NCBI RefSeq assembly: GCF_964355755.1
Contig: NC_092674.1
Span: 18,228,001-18,292,000 of the forward strand
Length of the DNA stretch: 64,000 bases
Direction of reading: 5' to 3'
Origin: Antedon mediterranea
Taxonomy: Eukaryota; Animalia; Echinodermata
Positions 42,241-54,598 of the stretch are shown here, in pieces; positions within the stretch are counted from its first letter, which is position 1, and the number at the start of each line of letters is the position of its first letter. Under the pieces are notes generated by a model that was not told where the DNA came from, ran no database searches, and worked only from the letters and a program-made list of their open reading frames with translations. A program made the translations under genes and the position numbers.

Positions 42241-43039
42241 ACTAGATGGTTCTCGAATACACAGTAATTTCAGCGTAAAAAATGTACGTACCGCAGAACT
42301 ATAGTACATTATCGTTTACAGAAACGAATAAATAGACACGATGATTTATGTAAAATTAGCAGCCTGAGAATTAGGACTTGTCTTAAAAATGAGTCCAATT
42401 TTTTTATTTGAACTCATTTAAACAAACCCAATTTGTGTTTTGTATATAACATTAGAGTTGAGGGATGGGGAAGAGGATGGAAAGAACAATTTTTAAATAT
42501 ATTCTCTATCCACTCAGTAACGAAATATTGTTTTAAATGTTTTATAGGCCTATCAATAATACACTAAACACAGTAAAACATTTACGATTTATAATACTTT
42601 TTTAAAACTGTCCCTGTTATAGTCGATTGAAATAGCAAAGTACATGTAACGATACACCACTACGACGTTTATATTTTTTATAATCATTAATTAATACAAA
42701 AACGTTGAGAAGCAACTGTCAGTAATCTACCCACAGTCACAGTAATAAATGTTCTTTGTATATTTTGTTTATATATCTAACAGTAACCACATTCACAGTA
42801 AGACAATTTCGATTCAAATGGCGACCAAAAATGGCGCTCCGTAGAGAATGCTCCAGTCGTCAGAATGACACTCTAAATATACCTCCAATAATACGACATG
42901 AGGCGGTTATAAATTGGGTATAAAAGTCCATTTTTAACTTTGGACTGTTACCATGGTTACGGAATCGTGAAAATTTGTTACCTAGCATTTTTGGTATCCT
43001 AGCACCATAATCTAGTGAAATCTCACTTTGGCCATTATA

Positions 43040-45338
43040 GACCGGGCGCCCGGAAGATTTATTCATGTGAAAAGATACAAAAGGTTTGATGATGTAGTTA
43101 GGTGCGTATTAGGGCGAGATGCAATATTCGATATTGCTGCCGGGTCACAGCCTGTACATGGGGCCTGTGGGGATCTTAACATAGGGGGGTAAAAATGCAT
43201 TTATTCATGTTAAGCGATACAAGGATAAACTTTATTGGATATCATTCGCAGTGGGCTACTAATGATTACATCACCAATGACAGCAACATTTTAGGGCCAC
43301 GCCCAAATGAGTTTATTCATGTGAAGCGATACAAGGTTGAATCTATTTTTAATGGCAGCAGTACATATTGGGGATGACAAAAACACCAATGACAGCAACT
43401 TTATCCTGTACATAAGCTCAGACAGCAGTCCTAAAGGTCCGCAGATTCCCCCTATTCGGCTATATACTCGGCGCGTATGTCGTCTTATGGCGTTCAGCTG
43501 AGTTAGAAATACGTCATACGGACTCGGACTGACAATAAATACACAGCAGAATGATAAAACAATAAATAAAGAGAGCAGTTGTTTGCTGTACCAAATCATC
43601 AAACATCAAACTCATAGGAACTCGCCCAAAATGGGTTTATCCATTAAGTATGAATCATTTTTTTCTCTCTTTCTCTCTTTTTTGCTCCATTCGTGATCAA
43701 CAATGTCGATAATACAAACACATTTACGATAACGAGTGACTTTTATTTTATAATTGAAATATATCTTTATTTTGGAATAATAAATAACACCAACAAAAAC
43801 ACTTTAAAAAAACACAAATAACCAACAGCAGATTTGTATTTTAGGGTAACATTTTGAACAATCAATATTATATCAAAATCATTATTTCGATCAAAATAAT
43901 ATAATTTAAGAATATTTTTCAGATAAACTAAATAATTACACTCATAATGATTAATTAAAAGTTTGACTTTGGTTCAGTTAAAGTAAAACAATGTGCAGTA
44001 ATCGATACAGTAGTCGATCCATTATGGACAAGTAACGACGTTTAAAATGTTGGCAGATTAAGTTTTTTGTTGGTTTTTATCAGTCTAATTCACATAAAAA
44101 CGGTTACTTTTTTTTAGTAATAGTGTGCAATCGATAGTCTAATCTATACCTTACCAATTCTCTAAGTGATTATGTTGAATTCGAACTATTATTTACTTTA
44201 CTATTATGTTATGTTATGTAAAAAATGTTGCAAATTTAGATTTCGTTGCCTTTTTTCATATAGACATATCACTAGTGTCTAGCGTGTAATTAAAACAATA
44301 TTTAAATCGAGTTATAATAATAATGCACAATAATCGGTACCGGTGTCGATCATTATGAGTGTAATTATTAATTAGTTTATCTGAAAAATATTCTTAAATT
44401 ATATTATTTTGTGTTGTGAAATAATGATTTTGATATAATATTGATTGTTCAAAATGATACCCTAAAATACAAATCTGCTGTTGGTTATTTTAAGTGTTTT
44501 TGTTGGTGTTATTTATTATTCCAAAATAAAGATACATTTCAATTATAAAATAAAAGTCACTCGTTATCGTGAATGTGTTTGTATTATCAACATTGTTGAT
44601 CACGAATGGAGCCTCGGGCATTAGAGCTGGTGTGTACCGAAAAAAAGTGAAAAAAAAACAACATTTTTTCAAAAATGATTAGGCCTACACACTTCATGGA
44701 TAAACCCATTTTGGGCGAGTTCCTAAGAGTTTGATGATTTGGTACAGGAAACAACTGCTCTCTTTACTTATTGTTTTAGCATTCTACTGTGTATTTATTG
44801 TCAGTCCGAGTCCTTATCACGTATTTCTAACTCAGCTGAACGCCATTAGACGACATACGCGCCGAGTATATAGCCGAATAGGGGGAAACTGCGGACCTTT
44901 AGGGCTGCTGTCTGAGCTTATGTACAGGATAAAGTTGCTGTCATTGGTGTTTTTGTCATCCCCAATATGTACTGCTGCCATTAAAAAAGATTCAACCTTG
45001 TATCGCTTCACATGAATAAACCCATTTGGGCGTGGCCCTAAAATGTTGCTGTTTGGCGCCCCGTACAGGATTAAGTTGCTGTCATTGGTGATGTAATCAT
45101 TAGTAGCCCACTGCGAATGATATCCAAAAAAGTTTATCCTTGTATCGCTTCACATAATATAAATAAATGCATTTTTACCTCCCCCCCCCCCCCCTATGTT
45201 ATGATCCCCACAGGCCCTGTGTACAGGCTGTGACCCGGCAGCAATATCGAATATTGCATCTCGCCCTAATACGCACCTAACTACATCATCAAACCTTTTG
45301 TATCTTTTCACATGAATAAATCTTCCGGGCGCCCGGTC
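43040..45338. mobile_element. Foldback-type element with ~0.9-1.0 kb inverted arms and ~400-bp spacer
   Basis: Arms 43040-43951 and 44349-45338 are reverse complements. Termini GACCGGGCGCCCGG. TA flanks both ends. Confidence 0.92.
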
Positions 45339-45949
45339 TATTAAAATCCTACGGAAATACACGAGGACCCTGACTAATATAGGACCTATGGATGAAATTT
45401 TCTTAGGGTATCAGCCTATTGTAATGGAGGAAACACTGGAAAATCTGACCAAAACAAACCTAAGTTTGTTTTCTCATTTCATTTATTTTATGTTCTCATA
45501 TATTGTTGTATATTTTCATGATTGATGATGGATAAAGAATATTTGAATTTAGTATACCAAAAAAAAAAAAGAAGTTCTTTAGGATTGTTAAATTATTAAT
45601 ATTAATTTTAGTTAAAATCACATATACTGATGTAGTATGATGTTTAAGGTTTACTGTGCAATTTCATAACATGATAAGCTTCTTAATTACTATTAGTTAT
45701 AAATTATTATAGTTAGTGATTCCAACAAAAAGGACGAGTAAATAAACAATCTTCTTTATAACATACAGTAATATATAGTCCTACAATCTTTACTTTGATT
45801 TGTTTTTATTGTTTTAACAGTATACTGTAAAGCAATTGTCCTTCATTTACCAGAGTTATTTAAAATTGTTAAACAGTGATTAGTTTAGATTGTAATTATA
45901 ATATTTATTATATATATAATGATCTTGGTGATGAGAGATTTTACTGTGA

Positions 45950-46950
45950 TGTTATTTATTAGAATGAATAGAATTATGTATCTACTTAGGATTCAGATAC
46001 AAAGTATCCATAGCATATACCATACTCACACAACAGTCACGGAGATATGATGAAAATAAAGGGTTTTTCTAAATACGTGTATGGCCATTTTCTTGACCAC
46101 TATTTTGATATTAAGCAAGACAATATTCGCTAGTTATTAAAAATGTAAGTGTGCTCCACTCAAAAATGTTTGTACCAGCTATAGGTTAAATGTCAAAATA
46201 CTGTAAGGTGTTTTTTAACATTTTGTGTATTTCTGTTGTATTAGAGCAAATATAAATATATATTCTGCAAGTAATTTGAGACTAAAATTATTACTTCTTG
46301 ACTAGAGATATTGATATGGCCATTTTCTTGACCAATGGTCAAAAATAAACTTTCATGGTCATTTTTGGCAAAAGCTGTCCATTAGAGTGAATAGAAATAT
46401 GTATCTTCTGAGTATTTGGACACCAACTACAACCATATCCGGCCAACAATTTTTTTAGATATGAAAAGTGTGCTCTAAGCCAAAAATGTTTGTGCCGGCT
46501 ATATGTCAAAGGTCAAAATTAGAGATTTATTGACAGTTTTATGATTTTTTATTACTTTAGAACAAATATAAACATATACTTTGCGAGTAATTTGAGACCA
46601 CAATTATCATTTTCTGACCGTGGTTGCTGAGATTCATATGGCCAATTTCTTGGCCAGTGGTCAGAAAAGTGGTTTCCATCAACTTTTAGCAAAAGTTGCT
46701 CATTTTAGTGAATAGAAATATGGATCTTCTGATTATTTGTCACAAAAAATATTCCAATACACCCAGTAGTACCAAGTTATGCAAAGTCTTAACTTTGACC
46801 ATATTGACCTTTTGACCCCTGTACTGACCAAGCATCCCAATTTCTTTTCGGTCAACAGCAAAAAATTTATTTGTATTGATATAAGGAAGCAAAAAAATGT
46901 TGTAAACATAGTTTGCTATAGGGTGCAGATAAACCCTTTCTGGCTCCCCA
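45950..46950. repeat. Old, degenerate tandem repeat (irregular period of a few hundred bp)
   Basis: ATGGCCA(T/A)TTTCTTG at ~46081, 46316 and 46638; GAATAGAA.TATG at ~45965, 46389 and 46710. Confidence 0.6.
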
Positions 46951-47389
46951 ACTTTATATTATTTTATTTTAAATGTAAAAATAATAATTCATGAAAATAT
47001 TAAATGTTGGTATTTGATGGCATGCCATTATAAAAATCACAAATTAAAAATAAATATACCGGTAGAAAATATACATTGGACAATTTTTTTGTGAATTGGG
47101 AATTAGTAAAGAAATGTTTTTGATAGATTTAAATAAATATCGACATAAGCCTACTATAGTTTTATTTTACTGTTGCGTCGACATTTAATAAAGTACTACA
47201 CCATCATTCAATACATTGACTCAATTTTTGTTAAAACCTGGTTTATTTTTTAAAGCAGTAATTTACCTGGAATCAGGTGTATATAGTTTATTTTACATTG
47301 ATCATATTTTCCACATATACAAAGTACAACCAACTACTTTAACACAATACTTTTCATAAATGTAAAAATAGATAAAATGTTAAATGTAT

Positions 47390-47690
47390 TTATTCTGGTC
47401 CTCGAGCTTACTGGAAACTGAGGAAATTCGGAATAGGTCCTCCACGGACGTACGACAGCCAGGAGTGCAGCGTCTATGAGATCAGCATACAGGTAGACAA
47501 TCTCCTACTGCTTTTAAATAGTGTACCAATTTCTTTAACGTGCACTATATGTACACGGAACAGCTTTACATCCCATCCAAAGGAGGAGGCAATGAGAGTA
47601 AAGCATCTTGCCTAAGGATGCAATCAGTATGGTACATATAGGCTCAAATCCATGCCTATCACATGCTAGTCCGATATCATTATACCATCA
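47390..47690 (-). mobile_element. Degenerate tRNA-derived SINE with Deu/Nin-like body
   Basis: Minus strand: eroded A/B boxes (TGGTATAATGA, GGATTTGAGCC), TCCTTAGGCAAG, then GTGTACA...GTGCACGTTAAAGAA...AGTAGG, matching the core of the SINE at 12558-12894. Confidence 0.6.
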
Positions 47691-47700
47691 TTCTATGGTA

Positions 47701-47808
47701 TACAGCACCCGTTGATATTCCCAGACAGTCTCCAATTCAGAACGCAACCGGTGCTTAACTTCGGTGATCTGACGAGAACTGGTGTTTCAACGCAGTAAGG
47801 CCATATCC
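47701..47808 (-). pseudogene. 5S rRNA-derived sequence
   Basis: Minus strand GGCCTTACTGCGTTGAAACACCAGTTCTCGTCAGATCACCGAAGTTAAGCA...GGAGACTGTCTGGGAATATCAACGGGTGCTGTA follows the 5S rRNA consensus, with an internal deletion. Confidence 0.85.
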
Positions 47809-48664
47809 AATGCTTTCTTTCTTTGTGCAATGGGGCAAATATTTTCATGAGGTGAAAGATGAAAGGTTTCCTTTGTCACAGTACAGTACAAATATTTTAG
47901 AAAATTTAATTATATCCATCCTATTTTAACATAAAGTTGTCTCCCATACCATGTTCACTTGATTAGTAAATCACTTATAATACTGCACTCTTGCTGTATT
48001 TAATGTAGATTCAGCTGGGACTGGATATCCTTGTGTCAAGATATTACAACTAATTTATGTAATTTTTACTAGTACAGTAGTAAATAATGATGATAAATAA
48101 TAATAAAAACAGTTTATGTGCCATGTTTGCCAGTTTAAAAATTATTCTTTTTAAATAATCCAAAATTACACAAATTATTATTAAGCAGTGCCGGAAACTA
48201 GACATTTTTACAAAATGTACACAAATAACAACAGAAATACATATAATCAATGGATCACCCTGTCACTGTCCGTGATGAACATTTTTATCCAAAAAATCAA
48301 AAGATCTAAAAATGTTATAACAGATTGACAAAAGATAATTATTTTGAAAATATCTATTAAGAAATAGTTTCTGAACAAATAGGTAAATGCAAAGCAGTTT
48401 GTAGATAAAAATGATAAACATGTTTAGAAGGTATTCATAACCTATCAAAATAGTAGTTATACCAAATGTAGGTAGTAGAAAACTTGCAACTTTGAGGGTT
48501 CACAAGTCGGCAAGTACTGAAAATTACAAAAATAATGAAGGGTCACCTTTATAGAATTATTAAATTCATTAATTCTTTTTATCTCTGCAACATCTTGTCT
48601 ATCCCTGATCCACATGGTCATTTCACTACCTTGCTGCCTTCGTACATAGAATAAATAGAGAATG

Positions 48665-48826
48665 TCATGCATTTTTGAAACCAAAAGATACTTTCGGTCG
48701 GGCATTCTTTTTATTTAGGATGGTCTCTTGTTCCTGTTTCTTACGACGTTGTTGTTCTTTTTCGAATGCACGCCGTTCCTCATCCATTTTTCGTTGCTTT
48801 TCAATCATTTCCAGACGCTCCTCCGC
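48665..48826 (-). CDS. ARGLU1: Arginine and glutamate-rich protein 1, last coding exon (exon 4)
   Basis: [53 protein letters not shown]; ttctag acceptor; typical RPK(L/V)SF C-terminus. Confidence 0.93.
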   Translation of the reverse strand, partial: AEERLEMIEKQRKMDEERRAFEKEQQRRKKQEQETILNKKNARPKVSFGFKNA

Positions 48827-49389
48827 CTAGAATGAATAATATTGTAATTAAGAACTTCAAATGTAAATTCCAAATAAATCTCAATGCAGAATCCCTGAAA
48901 TTGCCTTCTTTTCAAGGTTTTATGGAATGCATAGTACAGTACTGTACTATGTTTGTTTATTTCATTTCAATCAAATTGCGAATCATCGCCACTAACACTG
49001 AGTCTATATCTCTAACTTACTCATATTATACATTTCAGTCAATATGATGTAATTTTCAAATGAAATTACACACAAGGTCATTAATGATCTGTTTAGTGTT
49101 AATATTGTTCATGGTTCATAAGAACAATAGAAAGGGTAGTCAATTATATAGAAGATAAGTTGTCAAAAAAAAGGGATTTTTTTGACAAAATCAGTCAAGC
49201 ATTACTTACATTGCGTTTTCACCTGTTATACATGGTATTTGGTAACTGAAAATGCTTTCAATGTGTTCATTGGGTTTTGAAAACATAGGGTTTGCCACAA
49301 AATTGTAATAAATGGATTATTAGTTTAGGAGATATTGTGAAAATATGGGCTTTATAGCTAATTTGCATATTTATGCTCATTTGAATATG

Positions 49390-51997
49390 CAGGGCTCGAT
49401 ATTTCACTAGTCCGGCGTACAATGTCTAGTTAAAACTGCTCTGGGTTAGTCAATCTTCCACCCAACAAGCCCGGGTGTCTAGTGTGTAAATAATTAGGCT
49501 AGAGAATATTTAGGCCTAGACTTTTAAAATGCATTATTAAAATACTCTAGCCACTGGCCTAATTGTTTGTAGTCCATCATTTTTATAGAGCGCCTTCGCA
49601 ATCACGTTCCTCGTTAAAGTTAACGAAGGAGAGAGGAGAGCGTGAGAGCAACTAATCACGCTGGGCTCCTTAAATCAGGTGTCAAGTCACCAATAAGGGG
49701 ATTCCCCTGTCTGCTTTCAAGTGCCAATTTACTTCCATTACACCTCACAGTGTATCCAGTGCGGTGTCAGATAAATGCCTCAACTAGTCTTTTAAGCCAG
49801 AACAAGTACCAACCAAATGGTTGCTTTTATTGAACAAATCAATTTTAATGTATAAAATATAGTTAATAAAAAAAAAATTTAATAGAAGTAGGCCTATTTT
49901 TATTAATTAGAGTAAGATTCTTCACTTCTGTCTTTGGAATTTTAATTAATTTTTTTCTCCGAAAAAAATCAACCAATTTGGTTACCCAAATTTAGTGACA
50001 AAACATGTGCTCTAGTCTCACCATCCCAGCAGCTGGTCTAGCTCTTCTGGGTATAGCAAGCATCGCGTGTGTGACCGCCGTATGTAAACACAGCCAAATA
50101 CCCTTTCCTTAATTACATTTTTAAGATGTAATATTCAAATGATACTTAGTAACTTGTCATTAATATTTTTTTTGTATTACTTTGTGAAATACAGGTACTT
50201 AATTTTTGTTTTTAATTTCTAGGCCTAGTTCTAGGCCTAGCCCTATATTATTTATTATAGGCCTAGGCCTAGGCTAGTAGATTTCTGAAAAAACAGCCTA
50301 GAAAACGAATCAAGAAGCATTTTTGGGTAGAAGCTGGGATCCACTTGATTTAGGATATTTCGACCTTGCTGATTACGAATATGGCGGATCCCAAGCGAAA
50401 TTCGGCCATCTAAGCCTTTAATTTGCATAATTAAAAATGGCGGCCATTTTTTATAATTACCCTTACGCCCGTATTCTTAAACCGGACTTTAGTCGTAGTT
50501 CGAGCTATTACTTCAAATTCGATTCAAAAACGAAGTAGTCGAAGTTTGCAGTTCGACTTAATGAAGTCGAGCTTTTAGTCGAGTTGCACACGTCTGGGTA
50601 ACAAAGGCTATACATTGGCCAATGACAAGAGAGTATTTGAGGAGCAGACGAAATTTTGCGCATTGATATCACTTTACATTTCTTACAACACTTTTTACGC
50701 ATCAGGACTATATACATGAAAAATAATTTTAATCGTTAATTATTAGAACAATATCAGTATTAATTTAACAGTGAAGTATATTTGATTAACAACAAATAAA
50801 ATCTTAAAAATATATTTAGGAACCATGGCGGTACGGTAACTTTTATATTTTCTAGGCCCCCAACAAAATATGATCGCCACGAACCACGCACTTCATAGCG
50901 TGACAAGAAAGCGCTAGGCCCCCTAAACATTCCATCGCGTGGTGAATTGCCGCATCTCCCATTGTCGCTATGGCGTGACGTAGCTCAAGTCGGACTTGCG
51001 CGAAGAAAATAATGTAATTAGTATACAGTTGTAAATAAAGATGATTTTCATTAATATAATTTATACCAATGTATATTTAATTAAGCTAATATAAATATAG
51101 ATATTTCATTCTTCAATATCTGGCCAATATAACAACTCAATGACTGTTACGTTTTTTATAAACATCGTTTAAAAACCATTTAGTCGACCATTTAGTCTTC
51201 CCCCTCCAGGACTAAAAAAATCGATCAAAATCCGTCTCGATTTAGTCGAGGTTGGCCTGATTTAGTCGGTGATTTAGTTGAAGTTCGGTTTATGAATTAA
51301 AATGACGTCATTTTTTTAGTTTTAGCTCGAACTACGACTAAAGTCCGGTTTAAGAATACGGGCGTATATCTCGAGAACCACTTGTCACAGATAATTAATT
51401 TTGGTGTCAAAATGTTTTAAATATATGTTTTTATATTCACTTTAATGACACATTTTCTCAAAAAATGGATGCAAGTCTTATTTCTGGCATTTTGACCTTT
51501 GACCTTGATTTATCGTATCTCAGTAACCAATAATCGGAGAGACACGAAATAGGGCTCAAATTGTTCAGAAACTATACATTCATATTTATTATAATGAAAT
51601 GTTTTTACAAAAAATGACCGATTCTACAACTATTGACCTTTTAACTATTAGTCAAATATAATAATATAATAATAATATAACTTTGAAAATTGTGGTCTTA
51701 TGAATTTTTTTTTCGTTTTAAATTGTTTAAAACATGTGTGTTTCTATCCAGTCTAATGGCACATTTTGTACAAGAATAGCCGATAGTATGGTTATTGACC
51801 TTTAAACTACAGCATAGGCCTACTGTATAAACTAACTAGAACTTACAGTAGTTTAGTTAGTTTTGATTCAGGTGTGCGGTATATACCCAGTAAGATTTAG
51901 TCAATAAGCGGACTAGTGAAACATCCAGTGGGCTAGTGAAACTCACATTGAACAAGCCCAGTGGTCTAGCTAGTAAAATTTCAAAAATCGAGCCCTG
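49390..51997. mobile_element. hAT-like non-autonomous element with apparent 5-bp TSD and nested insertions
   Basis: TIR CAGGGCTCGAT; ATATG at 49385-49389 and 51998-52002; subterminal CTAGT/ACAAGCCC repeats. Confidence 0.7.
50466..51364 (+). mobile_element. Young MITE (899 bp) nested in ARGLU1 intron 3
   Basis: Perfect ~42-bp TIR CGCCCGTATTCTTAAACCGGACTTTAGTCGTAGTTCGAGCTA, flanked by TA; second copy at 28974-29675. Confidence 0.92.
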
Positions 51998-52444
51998 ATA
52001 TGACTGCGGTGGATGACGGAGGGTTGACAGGACAACATACATTCATTTAAAAGCGACAAACCTTTGCCTATAATTTTGTCCTGCTCATATGCTAGATTCA
52101 GTAGCCTAATAAAGCACTTTATAAATCCAGGATATTACATAATAGTATAAGTATTTCGTCCACAAGTTATAAAATTTTATTTATTGATTTTTATATAACT
52201 CTAAGCAATTTCTCAAAGTAAACATGTTAAGGTTTAGTAAATAGCTTTTTTTTTTCCTGATCTTTATTTTTTGGGTAATTGAATATCAAATAACATTATT
52301 GAAAAGTAATGATGCACAAATCTTAATATTTCATGACTACTATACTATTAATCAATTAAAATAATAAAATGTTTTGGATGGACCTTGAGCTAATTTAAAT
52401 GAGTCTGAAAAAACTCACAAATTAACAATTTGTTAAATATTTAA

Positions 52445-53070
52445 AGACCCCTTCCCTGCAATTTTGGACGTTTTTTGGAAAATAATACATATATATCACT
52501 TTAAAAACATTAAACCATGTCTTTCCTTGTCTTAAATGTACGTTTTATGGTAAATTATGATAAAAAGTGAGAAACAATGCACTACCTAAGTAGCTCGCGG
52601 CGATCGACCTCTCGTGGACGGTCTCAGGCCTAGCCTAGCTAGGCTTAGTTTTGTAGGCCTAGCTGGTAAACATCGGTAACGTACGAACATCGTACGCTAG
52701 CTATATACCTAGCCTGACGTTGTATAGTTGCTGCATTAATTATCTTTCTATTTTTGCCAGACTCCGTTGATACAAATTGGGGGAAACCCGGTATTTTCGC
52801 TGAAAAGTTAGGAGTCTTCCATTTGTTTTGGCTTCACGATCGATCGAAAAGTGGGCGAATTACAGGTGAAAAACAACAATATCAATCCGCGCGCAATGCA
52901 TTTTGGGATTTATAGCGGGCCGCTATAATTATTAAAATCGATTTATTTTTCACATTTTTAACCGTTTAAAGACGAAAAAAGTTATCGCAATAGGACCATA
53001 TAGTATTATTTTTACATTAAATATAGTTTGTGATCTTAAATTAGATCTAAAAAACGTAGGGAATGGGGCT
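52445..53070. mobile_element. Kolobok-like MITE next to the ARGLU1 exon 3 donor
   Basis: TTAA TSD (52441-52444, 53071-53074); AG...CT termini; TIR AGACCCCTTCCCTGC / AGCCCCATTCCCTAC. Confidence 0.75.
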
Positions 53071-53095
53071 TTAAGCTTCATAGAATATATCTTAC

Positions 53096-53179
53096 CAATT
53101 TCCTTTGTGCTTCTTCAATTTTGCTCTGGTTTTCTAGCATAATTCGTTCTAGCTCTTCACGTTGCTTTCTCTCTTCTTC
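53096..53179 (-). CDS. ARGLU1: ARGLU1 coding exon 3
   Basis: EEERKQREELERIMLENQSKIEEAQRKL; ttctag acceptor, gtaag donor, 84 bp. Confidence 0.95.
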
Positions 53180-54505
53180 CTAGAAATCAGAAAGAAACAA
53201 AGTAAGTAAAGTTGCATAATTTTTTGGTTAAAAAAAGAATATGAACACTTTAAAAATACTGTAATATTCTTTCTAGTACCTGCACTTCTAAAAATAGAAA
53301 CAGAAGAATGAAAACCTGTAGGAAAAACAATATGGTTAAACATCAAACATACTGTACTGTATAAATTGAGTGTGGTTCACTGCATTGTATTTTATAACCT
53401 TCATCAATATGTTATAATGCAAACAAAAAAGAAAACAAAAACAAAATTCAAATAAACAAAATCTATGTTATAATTATTATCATTGTTTTAACTATATAAA
53501 GTTAATTATTATATTTTTCTTATTGGTAATGGTAGTATTATTTACGAAATTTTATTACAATTTTTAAAATATTGAAAAAGGTAAAAAACAAAACAGTTAC
53601 AAAATGCAAGGGCCTGAAATAACCTAAAACAATAACGGTTGGCTTGAGTGTTATTGTCTTCTTTCTGGTCACGATTTCAGACCCTAGAATAATAATGAAC
53701 ACTTACCTAAAATGTTGCACAGGAAGCCTCCTACTTCAGATTTCACATAAATACACTGCTATCCAGCACACTTTTTATATTTTGTTTTATTAAAACAAAA
53801 ACCACAAGTACTGTTTACAGTACAGCTTATATACCACAAACCATTAAACACTGTTTCACACAAATGAACTACCAATATTACATAGGAACACCATAAATAA
53901 TTATTTGTATACCTACAAATTACTATACCTTTTTATTTACATTTCGACGTATAAACAAAAGTCTTATTCTTGAATGAAAAAAAAAAAAAATCAAATATAG
54001 TTTTGGGATAACTTCTCACATGTAATCCAGATAGTATTACATTGACGAAAGGATGGACAAATGATGCTGCTCATCTATCTTCTAATGTTTTCACCCACTG
54101 AAAAATCTTTCAATATAGGTTTATCCATGTTTTTGATATTTTGTCCAAATCCAAAGTTTCTGTGAAATTAATTTCTTCATTGTTCTTCATTGTACCTTAA
54201 AAACATCTGTACTTGAAATTGTCACTTGTGCATTTCCAATAAATATGCTTGCTTTACTCTGTGCTCCTCCCAGGAAAAAACAGGGAGGAGATACAGAAAC
54301 AACTGATGAGACAAACAGATATGTATGTTAATGTTAAACTAGGCGAAGCCAACCAATGATGGGAAGAAAATTCAATGCTGGTTTTAAGAGCCAAATTTTG
54401 TTTTCCCCTTGTCCATTTAAAATTTATATTCAATAATTCTCTTGTTAATTTGTGTCAATTTTTAAAGCATTTAAAACAACTAGAATAACTACAAACAATT
54501 TATAC

Positions 54506-54598
54506 CAGCATTTTTTACTGCCCTGCACTGGAGCTGCCTAGTGGTCAGCCCTGACCAACTCTTGGGTATTACTTCAGACTAAATATTTAAAACATGAT
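54506..54598 (-). promoter_or_regulatory. Candidate ARGLU1 poison/decoy exon in intron 2
   Basis: Acceptor TTTTTTACAG (alternative TTCTTTCCTACAG 17 nt upstream), weak donor CTG|GTATAA, in-frame stop with each of these acceptors, GC-rich core in an AT-rich intron. Same intron as the vertebrate ARGLU1 ultraconserved poison exon. Confidence 0.6.

Noticed and set aside
37805-42959. RFX X-box-like motifs (GTTGTCCATGGCAAC at 37805, GTTACCATGGTTAC near 42946)
   Set aside because: Both lie in TE-derived or decayed sequence far from a known TSS; no support for function.
43291-45015. Two similar ~100-aa hydrophobic ORFs on opposite strands as a gene pair
   Set aside because: They are mirror images from the foldback arms, begin at TTG and have no recognisable domain.
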